Virus record (IMG/VR): IMGVR_UViG_3300048907_000042
Origin: a virus
Strand: one strand, 5' to 3'
DNA length: 48,368 bases
This document shows positions 16,381-23,163 of this stretch, piece after piece (position 1 is the first letter of the stretch; each line of letters opens with the position of its first letter). The position numbers and the translations under genes are program-made. The notes below the pieces were generated by a model that ran no database searches, had not been told where the DNA came from, and saw only the letters and a program-made list of their open reading frames with translations.

Positions 16381-17439
16381 ATGTCTTTCATTCCTAACAT
16401 GCGGCCGTCGGCTAAGATCGTGCACGGCGTCGGCAGTAAGGATTCGCGCATCGCAATCGTAGGTGGGATCACTTCCGCCTTCGATGAAATGGCTGGCAAA
16501 CCGTTCCAGGGTGGTGGTGGTTCTGTGATTGAACAGTGCCTCCACTTCGCAGGCTTGATCCGTGGCGAGTGCTACATGACGAACCTCTTCAAGCAGCGCA
16601 GCCCGACCAAGTACCGTTACGGTGACCCTCGCGGTCCTGTCCCTGAGTGGTTCGATGAAGGCAAAGGCAAGTTCACTGCTGCCGGCCAGGAGTGGGTGCG
16701 CCGCCTGCGCGAGGAGCTGGACGACACGGAAGCGCGCGTCATAGTCGCCTGCGGCAAAGCGGCTGCGGTGGCCCTGACGGGCCTGCAGAAGATCGGGGAT
16801 CGTCGCGGGTATGTGTTCCCATCTGTCGGCCTGTCTCAAGTACGCAAGGTCATCCCCACTCAGGACCCGTTCAAGGCGGACCGTAGTAACTTCACGTATC
16901 GCCACATGATCGTGAGTGATCTGGCCAAGGCAAAGAAGAACCAGCACAGCTTCTCGCTGGACCGTCCGGAGCGCCAGCTTGTGTGCGACTTCGCAACGGT
17001 GGAAGAGTGCCTCCAGTGGCTGGACTACATCGAGGCCAGCGACAAGCCGCTGTCCGTGGATACGGAGGTGCTGCATTATGAGTTGGCTTCGATCCAGTTC
17101 TCTTGCGATCCCGCTATCGGCATTTTTATTCCTATCGCTGATCGCTGGTCGGAAGACGAGGAGAGTCTGATCTGGCGTGCTATCCAGCGCATTCTCGCAA
17201 AGCCCACCGTGAAGGTGTTGCAGAACGGCATCTTCGACGTGCACTTCCTCGCCACCAAGTGTGGCTTGATCGTGAACATCGGTGAGCGTGGTGAGCTTCT
17301 GGAGGACACGATGGTAGGGCACAGCGTCATGTACCCTGAGCTTCCGAAAGGCCTGGGATTCCTCGGCAGTCTGTACTGCGGCAATCAGGAATACTGGAAG
17401 GACAAGGCTGACTTCAACAACATCAAGGGAGACAGCTAA
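16381..17439 (+). CDS. DNA polymerase A, N-terminal part: degenerate UDG-like domain plus 3'-5' exonuclease ExoI/ExoII
   Basis: The UDG family-4-like pattern (IAIVGG..S....AGKPFQGGGGSVIE..L...GL.R...YMTNLFK) lacks the GEAPG catalytic loop. LSVDTE (ExoI) and LQNGIFDVHFL (ExoII) follow. Confidence 0.8.
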   Translation: MSFIPNMRPSAKIVHGVGSKDSRIAIVGGITSAFDEMAGKPFQGGGGSVIEQCLHFAGLIRGECYMTNLFKQRSPTKYRYGDPRGPVPEWFDEGKGKFTAAGQEWVRRLREELDDTEARVIVACGKAAAVALTGLQKIGDRRGYVFPSVGLSQVRKVIPTQDPFKADRSNFTYRHMIVSDLAKAKKNQHSFSLDRPERQLVCDFATVEECLQWLDYIEASDKPLSVDTEVLHYELASIQFSCDPAIGIFIPIADRWSEDEESLIWRAIQRILAKPTVKVLQNGIFDVHFLATKCGLIVNIGERGELLEDTMVGHSVMYPELPKGLGFLGSLYCGNQEYWKDKADFNNIKGDS

Positions 17440-18992
17440 TGGCTATGGATCGTGACTTCCAGACTTACGGTGCGCTCGATGCTGCTTGCACCCTGGAGAT
17501 TCATAACGGGTTCTTCCATGACCTCGGGCAGTTCCGTCCGGCCTACGATATGACGGTGCAGTTGTTCCCCGTACTCATGTACATGCAGACGCGGGGCGTC
17601 AAAGTCAACAAAGCCAACCTCGATCAGACGAAGCTGGAAATCATTGCCGAGCAGAAAGAGAAGCAGAAGGAACTCGACGAGCTGTGTGGGCGTCCGCTGA
17701 ACGTGGATAGTCCGAAGCAGTGTCAGACTTACTTCTACGACACGCTCGGCATCAAGCCGTACTTGAACAAGCAAGGCAAGCCGACCGTCGATGACCTCGC
17801 ACTCCAGCGTCTGGTGCGTGGTGTCGCAGGTCGCCCCGGTCTCCGTCAGGCCAAACTGGTGCAGGAGATTCGCGGGCTCGGCAAGTTGTATGGTACCTAC
17901 CTGAACATGGAGTTCGATGCTGACGGTAGGATGCGTGGTTCCTACAACCCGCGCGGTACGAAGTTCGGTCGCCTCAGTTCGTCCAAGACCATCTTCGGAA
18001 CGGGCATGAACTTCCAGAACCTGCCAGATGAATTCAAGAAGTTCTTGGTGGCGGACGATGGTTACTGCTTTGTGGAAGTGGATAAACGTCAAGCAGAGTG
18101 GGTGGTAGTTGCCTATGCCACCGGCGATGCTGCGATGATCGCGGCCATCGAAGCAGGGATCGACGTCCATACTGCTACCGCAATGGAGATGTTCAAGGTA
18201 GCTCCGGAGGTTGTGAAGCGTGACCACAAGCTGTGCGCTCACGTGACTAACGCTGACGAAATCAAGCGCCTCCGTTCGGAAGACGAAGTCCTCTGCAAGC
18301 TGATGAACCCCGGCTGGCCACGCTCCATGTCACTGCGCCAGTGCGGTAAGAAATCGAACCACGGTCTCAACTATGACGAAGGCCCGAACGGCTTCGCTAT
18401 GATTAACGAGATCGAGATTACCGAAGCTAAGAAGATCGTAGACATGTATCATCGTATCTATCCGGGCATCCGGATCTGGTACGAATCTGTAAAGATGGAA
18501 CTGAAGAAGAACAACCGCGTCCTGACCAACTGCTTCGGCCGGTCAGTGCGGTTCATGGGTCAGTGGGGTGACGACCTCTGGAAGTCTGCCTACTCCATGA
18601 TTCCTCAGTCCACCGTGGTCGACTCGCTGAACCAAGGCATGGAAAGAATCTACGAAGATAAGCAACTGTGTGGCGTTAGCGGATTCAACGGGGACGTACT
18701 GGCACAGGTCCACGACTCGGTGCTGATGCAGTTCCCCATTGCGGTCCTGGAAGTCCGGGATAACTTCGAGTTCATCCGAGATACCATCACGGACTATACT
18801 TCCCCGACGATGAACTACAACGGGCGTGACTTCAAGATCGCCAGTGATTACAAGTTCGGTCTGAATTGGGGCGGCTACAATCCGGACAAGAATCCGCTGG
18901 GTATGCAGGAGTTTGAAGACTTCGAGTCATTCACCAAAGCCCTTGCGGAATGGAGAGAACATGGCGCGGGAACTCAACGGGTGGTTGGATAA
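17439..18992 (+). CDS. DNA polymerase A, C-terminal part: ExoIII plus polymerase domain
   Basis: YGALDAACT (ExoIII), RQCGKKSNHGLNYDEG (motif B) and AQVHDSVLMQ (motif C). The ORF has its own SD (AGGGAG) and a TAATG junction. Confidence 0.9.
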   Translation: MAMDRDFQTYGALDAACTLEIHNGFFHDLGQFRPAYDMTVQLFPVLMYMQTRGVKVNKANLDQTKLEIIAEQKEKQKELDELCGRPLNVDSPKQCQTYFYDTLGIKPYLNKQGKPTVDDLALQRLVRGVAGRPGLRQAKLVQEIRGLGKLYGTYLNMEFDADGRMRGSYNPRGTKFGRLSSSKTIFGTGMNFQNLPDEFKKFLVADDGYCFVEVDKRQAEWVVVAYATGDAAMIAAIEAGIDVHTATAMEMFKVAPEVVKRDHKLCAHVTNADEIKRLRSEDEVLCKLMNPGWPRSMSLRQCGKKSNHGLNYDEGPNGFAMINEIEITEAKKIVDMYHRIYPGIRIWYESVKMELKKNNRVLTNCFGRSVRFMGQWGDDLWKSAYSMIPQSTVVDSLNQGMERIYEDKQLCGVSGFNGDVLAQVHDSVLMQFPIAVLEVRDNFEFIRDTITDYTSPTMNYNGRDFKIASDYKFGLNWGGYNPDKNPLGMQEFEDFESFTKALAEWREHGAGTQRVVG

Positions 18993-20166
18993 CTACCTGA
19001 AATATACAGAGAACACCGAGTCGCCTACCAGCTATCACACTTGGTGCGGTCTGTCAGCAATTGCCGGGGCACTCCAGCGCAGGGTCTACCTCCGCTGGGG
19101 CCTCGGTCAGGTGATCTATCCAAACATCTACGTGGTTCTCATTGGCACCGCCGGTAAGACTCGCAAAGGTGTAGCAATCGGTATCGCAAAGGACTTGCTT
19201 AAGAGCGTGCCCGGAGTCACTGTGACGCCGGAGTCTAGCTCCGGTAGGCAGGCAATGATCCTTGCGATGAAACGTGCAGCAACAAACTTCACCGACCCCA
19301 CAGATGGGAACATCAAGTTCCACTGTGCGGTAACTGCGTTTTCCGAAGAGCTCTCGGTGTTCCTCGGGCAGGGTGACATTGCATACTTGGCATCACTTAC
19401 TGACTGGTACGACTCCAAAGATGATTGGGAGTACGAGACGGTCGGACGTGGTAAGGACTCGCTGCAAGGACTGTGCCTCACGTTCTGTGGTGGCACGGCA
19501 CCTGACTGGATTCAGTCGATGCTTCCGCAAGAAGCTATCGGCGGTGGCTTCACCAGTCGCATCGTGTTCGTAGTCGAAGATAAGAAGAAGCACATCGTCC
19601 CTGAGTATGAAATGGACGAGGAGGCTATCGAACTCGGCAACAAGTTGCGCCGTGACCTGGAGCGCATCGGCAACCTCAGGGGTGCCATGACGTTCACTGA
19701 TACGGCGAAGGAACTGTACAAGACGTGGTACGTGACCGAGACGCACAAGCTCGACAGTGGTCGCCCTGCTGTGGAGGATAGCCGGTTCGCAAGTTACTGC
19801 GAGCGCCGGGCAACTCACCTTCGCAAGCTGATGATGATCTGTAGTGCCAGTCGTGGCGACGATTTGAAGATCAACGACGCAGACTTCTACAAGGCTAAGG
19901 AACTGTTGGAGGCTGCGGAAGTCAACATGGGTAAGACCTTCGGCGGATTCGGTAAGTCTCGCACGTCCGATGAAGTCGAACTGGTCAAGAACTTTATCCA
20001 AGAGCAAGGCACCACGACGCGCAAGATGTTGTTGCAGAAGTACTTCCGTGACCTCGAACCGATGGCTCTTACCATCGCCGAGCAAACACTGGAACAGATG
20101 GGCGTCATCAAGATCAAGCTGATGCCTGAAACCCGAGACAAGGTATACCAATGGACAGGAGGATAA
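18961..20166 (+). CDS. P-loop ATPase, putative replicative helicase (DUF3987/VirE-like)
   Basis: ATG 18961 follows GGAGAG. VVLIGTAGKTRKG is Walker A-like. The position after the polymerase supports the call, but the family assignment is tentative. Confidence 0.55.
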   Translation: MARELNGWLDNYLKYTENTESPTSYHTWCGLSAIAGALQRRVYLRWGLGQVIYPNIYVVLIGTAGKTRKGVAIGIAKDLLKSVPGVTVTPESSSGRQAMILAMKRAATNFTDPTDGNIKFHCAVTAFSEELSVFLGQGDIAYLASLTDWYDSKDDWEYETVGRGKDSLQGLCLTFCGGTAPDWIQSMLPQEAIGGGFTSRIVFVVEDKKKHIVPEYEMDEEAIELGNKLRRDLERIGNLRGAMTFTDTAKELYKTWYVTETHKLDSGRPAVEDSRFASYCERRATHLRKLMMICSASRGDDLKINDADFYKAKELLEAAEVNMGKTFGGFGKSRTSDEVELVKNFIQEQGTTTRKMLLQKYFRDLEPMALTIAEQTLEQMGVIKIKLMPETRDKVYQWTGG

Positions 20167-20169
20167 CCA

Positions 20170-20382
20170 GTGCCGACCATCGTTCATCTGCACCGTGCAG
20201 AGGACCACCTGAGTGGTAAGGAGGTCTACGTCAACGCGGCGCAGATCGACTTCTTCAACGAGAGTATCCTGAACGACAAGCAGACTCTGATCCGTGTGAA
20301 CGGTAAGGAGTTCATCGTGACGGAGACCGTTCAACAGATCCTGGCACAAATTCCCGAGGAGGGAACATGGCCCGCTTCCTGA
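20170..20382 (+). CDS. hypothetical protein
   Basis: GTG 20170 follows AGGAGG. It resembles the next ORF (V.VN...I....I..NGKEF.VTET..QI). Confidence 0.5.
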   Translation: MPTIVHLHRAEDHLSGKEVYVNAAQIDFFNESILNDKQTLIRVNGKEFIVTETVQQILAQIPEEGTWPAS

Positions 20383-20585
20383 AACTCACCGACGCACACC
20401 CGGATAGGATGGGCAAACCCATCGCTATCAACATCGACAGCATCGTTGCTATCCGGGAACATCAGATCCATCCCGACACTCCCAATGCAGATAAGATGAG
20501 GACCATCATCATCACAGATGCAAGTGCGAAGGGATTCGTTGTGCAGGAGACGTTCGAGAAGATCACCAACTCGCTTCCCAACTAA
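20367..20585 (+). CDS. hypothetical protein (possible paralog of 20170-20382)
   Basis: 72-aa ORF with GAGGAGGG upstream. Confidence 0.55.
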   Translation: MARFLKLTDAHPDRMGKPIAINIDSIVAIREHQIHPDTPNADKMRTIIITDASAKGFVVQETFEKITNSLPN

Positions 20586-20602
20586 TGTCCCAAATTGGGA
20601 CA
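20586..20602. repeat. 17-bp palindrome TGTCCCAAATTGGGACA, copy 5
   Basis: Starts immediately after the stop TAA 20583-20585. It is followed by ACAGGAG and ATG 20617. Confidence 0.95.
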
Positions 20603-20616
20603 ACAGGAGCAAAGCA

Positions 20617-21048
20617 ATGGCACTGAAGATCAAGTGGCTGGACCGGCGCATGAACAGGCTGCCGTACTTCACCCTGGCCGGTACCGACAAGTTGTACCGT
20701 GAAGCCTGCGCCCACATCGGAGTGGCGTATCCCACGGCCTGGTTGCCGGGCCATCAGTACGGGGCGGTGACGCACTTCTGCAAGAACCAGGAAGGCGATA
20801 CCGTACTCATCGTGGGAATGGACATTCTGCACCATGCGACGTCTACGGTGGATCAGGTGACGATCCTCTCCATGCTGGTCCACGAAGCATCTCACATCGT
20901 GGATGAGTTCTTCGAGGGTATCGGTGAACACAAGCCGGCCAGCGAGCAGCGGGCCTATGCTCTGCAGTACGTCAGCGAGGAACTCTTCGCTGAATATCGC
21001 AGGCAAAAAGAAGCCCTCACTGGGAGGGCTTTGAAGAAGAAGCGTTGA
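20617..21048 (+). CDS. putative zinc metallopeptidase (HExxH)
   Basis: ORF 20518-21048 trimmed to ATG 20617. Carries the LVHEASHIVDEF motif. This is the last gene of the plus arm. Confidence 0.5.
   Translation: MALKIKWLDRRMNRLPYFTLAGTDKLYREACAHIGVAYPTAWLPGHQYGAVTHFCKNQEGDTVLIVGMDILHHATSTVDQVTILSMLVHEASHIVDEFFEGIGEHKPASEQRAYALQYVSEELFAEYRRQKEALTGRALKKKR
21003..21030 (-). terminator. rho-independent terminator of the minus arm (possibly bidirectional)
   Basis: The minus strand reads AGCCCTC-CCAGT-GAGGGCT followed by TCTTTTT. It overlaps the last Rz codons and the 3' end of the plus-strand gene. Confidence 0.55.
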
Positions 21049-21544
21049 CCTGCCGGTGATACCAGTCCTGCCAACCGATCAGCTTCTCGCGCCAGATGTG
21101 GCACTGCTCGAAGTTTCGGTTGGTGGTGCTGGCAACGTCTCCAACTGAGACGGGGGCAGCAAAAGGTATTCCGGAGCGGTCGGGAATGGTGTTAGTTGCG
21201 GCGGCGTTGTAGAGCAGCCGGAACCCACCACTGAGATTATCGCGATACTCAGGCACGAACACAGGGATTTCTTTCTCAATGACACGGGCCTTCTCCCGGA
21301 TAGTGACCACCCGTTCCTTTACCACGGTGTCCACGATCATGTTGACGGATACTTGTCTGTCCTTCAGCTGAGCCACGGCTTCCTTGCCGCGCTCAACTGA
21401 GGCATCCCAATCTGCCTGCACAATGGCCTTGCCGTGATGGATAGCGAAAACCACGGACAGTGCCCATGCCACAGATACCCCTAGCGTGATCCATACGCTC
21501 AGGGGTATTTTTTTACCTATCGCCAGCGCGGCTGCTATCCACAT
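21017..21544 (-). CDS. Rz: i-spanin (Rz-like)
   Basis: N-terminal TM (LSVWITLGVSVAWALSVVFAI) followed by a coiled-coil periplasmic part. It contains an embedded lipoprotein ORF and is the last gene of the lysis cassette. Confidence 0.65.
   Translation of the reverse strand: MWIAAALAIGKKIPLSVWITLGVSVAWALSVVFAIHHGKAIVQADWDASVERGKEAVAQLKDRQVSVNMIVDTVVKERVVTIREKARVIEKEIPVFVPEYRDNLSGGFRLLYNAAATNTIPDRSGIPFAAPVSVGDVASTTNRNFEQCHIWREKLIGWQDWYHRQVNASSSKPSQ
21079..21285 (-). CDS. Rz1: o-spanin (Rz1-like) embedded in a different frame
   Basis: Signal-like LSIAIISVVGSGC followed by Pro-rich mature CSTTPPQLTPFPTAPE. It lies entirely inside Rz. Confidence 0.55.
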   Translation of the reverse strand: MSLRKKSLCSCLSIAIISVVGSGCSTTPPQLTPFPTAPEYLLLPPSQLETLPAPPTETSSSATSGARS

Positions 21545-21779
21545 TTTTCTGTCTCCAGAGTCGGAGGACTACCACCGTCAAACCAACGAGGGCGAGAGCA
21601 ACCCTCACATTCTCCGGCAGGTAGTCCCTCACTTCTTGCGGCAGCATCGGCAACACGTCGCCCAGGGCTGACGCCAGATTCCAGATGATTGAGGGGATCA
21701 CTGCCAACGCAGCGCCGAACTTCACCGTGTGGAGTCGCCATGCCTGCCTCCAGTTCTCGATCAGGATTTTCTTTGCCAC
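21513..21779 (-). CDS. holin-like protein (two hydrophobic helices)
   Basis: 88-aa ORF with a GTG start, lying between the lysozyme and the spanins. Confidence 0.5.
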   Translation of the reverse strand: MAKKILIENWRQAWRLHTVKFGAALAVIPSIIWNLASALGDVLPMLPQEVRDYLPENVRVALALVGLTVVVLRLWRQKNVDSSRAGDR

Positions 21780-22189
21780 TGTCCCGTCTCCATCTGCTTG
21801 GCCATCCGCTTAGCCCGCGCCGGAGTCTGCTTAGCCCACAGGCTATTCAGCATACCAGCACCGGCCTCCTTGTACTGCCGACGTTCGATCATCTTCAACG
21901 TGTTCTTGAAACCCAGCAGACCATCGAGTCCCATCTGGAAAGCCATCCCTACGAGTACGGCCTTACGAGGTTCGTCGAGGTCCTTCGACCACGGGAGGGC
22001 TTTCTCAACCTCTGCCGTCTGCAACCTGATCCGGTTGCGGAGAATGAAGTCGGATTCCTCCTTCCTCAGTCCGCCACCTTTCCTCTTGTCGATCAGGATG
22101 CCGACGCCAATGGTCCAGTAACCAAGGTGATCCTGGTACGCGTACAGCTTCTCACCTTCTTCATCTCTCAGCTGCTGCTCGAAGTCCAT
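21761..22189 (-). CDS. T4-type lysozyme (GH24 endolysin)
   Basis: ATG 22189. EEGEKLYAYQDHLGYWTIGVG matches the EG..L..Y.D..G..TIG.G signature of T4 lysozyme. Confidence 0.85.
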   Translation of the reverse strand: MDFEQQLRDEEGEKLYAYQDHLGYWTIGVGILIDKRKGGGLRKEESDFILRNRIRLQTAEVEKALPWSKDLDEPRKAVLVGMAFQMGLDGLLGFKNTLKMIERRQYKEAGAGMLNSLWAKQTPARAKRMAKQMETGQWQRKS

Positions 22190-22190
22190 A

Positions 22191-22838
22191 TTAATACCTC
22201 GTGATGACGTTGCCAGACCAGTTGGTGCCATCTCCATTAACGATCATCTGCACGACCTCGTTAGCGGCGATGGTGATGACACTCTGCGCACTCGTACTCT
22301 GATCGAACATGTTCGAGCCGGTCGGGTTGGTGAGGGTACACGGAGCACCTACCGTCAGGAACACCAACAGATATACTCCGTTGATACCGGTCAGAAGCAT
22401 ATCGATGTTACTGGCATTGGTGTTGATGAACGGCGTCAGTGCAGAATCCGTAACCTCCGCAGCGGTCAGGCTCAGACCTGCGCCGACTTTCAAGATGGGG
22501 GTGTACTCCGTCTTACCCCCGCCACCTCCGCCACCACCGCCGCTGGCACTGATCCTCAACGAACCCGGCGCAGTGCCTGGCGTGATAGTAACGTTGGCGC
22601 CCTGTTCCAGCAACGCCGCTACCACGGGATTCTCAGGATCAGTATCATCCACAGCGATACCCGACCCAGCTTGCACGCTCTGGACTCCGCCGGAGCCTCC
22701 GCTGGCACCGCCGTAGGCGGCTCGCAGCTGTTCACCGGTGACCTGGAAGGTGCCGGAGCCCTGCTGCACAATGAACCTCGCATCGTCGGACGGGAGTCCG
22801 GACAACACGGGGAGTTGTGCGATGTTAAGATTCGCCAT
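22191..22838 (-). CDS. tail fibre / tail-associated protein
   Basis: The N-terminus LNIAQLPVLSGLPSDDARFIVQQG..FQVTGEQL is typical of fibre N-termini. It has a Gly9 linker and a beta-rich C-terminus. Confidence 0.55.
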   Translation of the reverse strand: MANLNIAQLPVLSGLPSDDARFIVQQGSGTFQVTGEQLRAAYGGASGGSGGVQSVQAGSGIAVDDTDPENPVVAALLEQGANVTITPGTAPGSLRISASGGGGGGGGGKTEYTPILKVGAGLSLTAAEVTDSALTPFINTNASNIDMLLTGINGVYLLVFLTVGAPCTLTNPTGSNMFDQSTSAQSVITIAANEVVQMIVNGDGTNWSGNVITRY

Positions 22839-23163
22839 TACTCAGCTCCGGGTTCAGGAGAATGAAGTCTCCATTCTCGGTAACGATGAAGTCTCCATTG
22901 GCCCCAAGCAACTGAGGCTCCATGAAGGGTACGAAAACATCTGCGGGCATGGCCTGAGTCCACGGTGGAATCTGTACGTCCTCAGTACCACGCACGAAGT
23001 CTTGCGGCTGACGCGGCTCCCAATGTTCAGGGCAGACGTAGTAACCCTGCCAATGCCTGCGCAGGGTACTACCTTTCTTCTTTCTGCCACACTCATAGCA
23101 TACAGCATTCCAGTCGCCATGTGCGTAGTAGTCGGAGCCGCCCTTTCCGTCACGGACGCTCAC
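22825..23163 (-). CDS. conserved podovirus virion-module protein with CxxC...CPEHW motif
   Basis: GTGA coupling to the upstream giant gene. Motif HGDWNAVCYECGRKKK...YVCPEHWEPRQPQDFVRG. Confidence 0.6.
   Translation of the reverse strand: MSVRDGKGGSDYYAHGDWNAVCYECGRKKKGSTLRRHWQGYYVCPEHWEPRQPQDFVRGTEDVQIPPWTQAMPADVFVPFMEPQLLGANGDFIVTENGDFILLNPELSNGES

Noticed and set aside
10010-20349. Long minus-strand ORFs in the early arm (10010-11104, 11381-12379, 12610-13458, 13974-14639, 16366-17322, 17436-18242, 19393-20349).
   Set aside because: They are antisense shadows of the helicase, nuclease, ATPase, exonuclease, polymerase and helicase-like genes, all of which carry diagnostic motifs on the plus strand.
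22500-22545. The Gly9 run in the fibre-like gene (ccgccacctccgccaccaccgcc on the plus strand) as a slippage-prone homopolymer or phase-variation tract.
   Set aside because: The run is encoded by mixed GGN codons, not a mononucleotide or perfect trinucleotide repeat. It is more likely a flexible linker.
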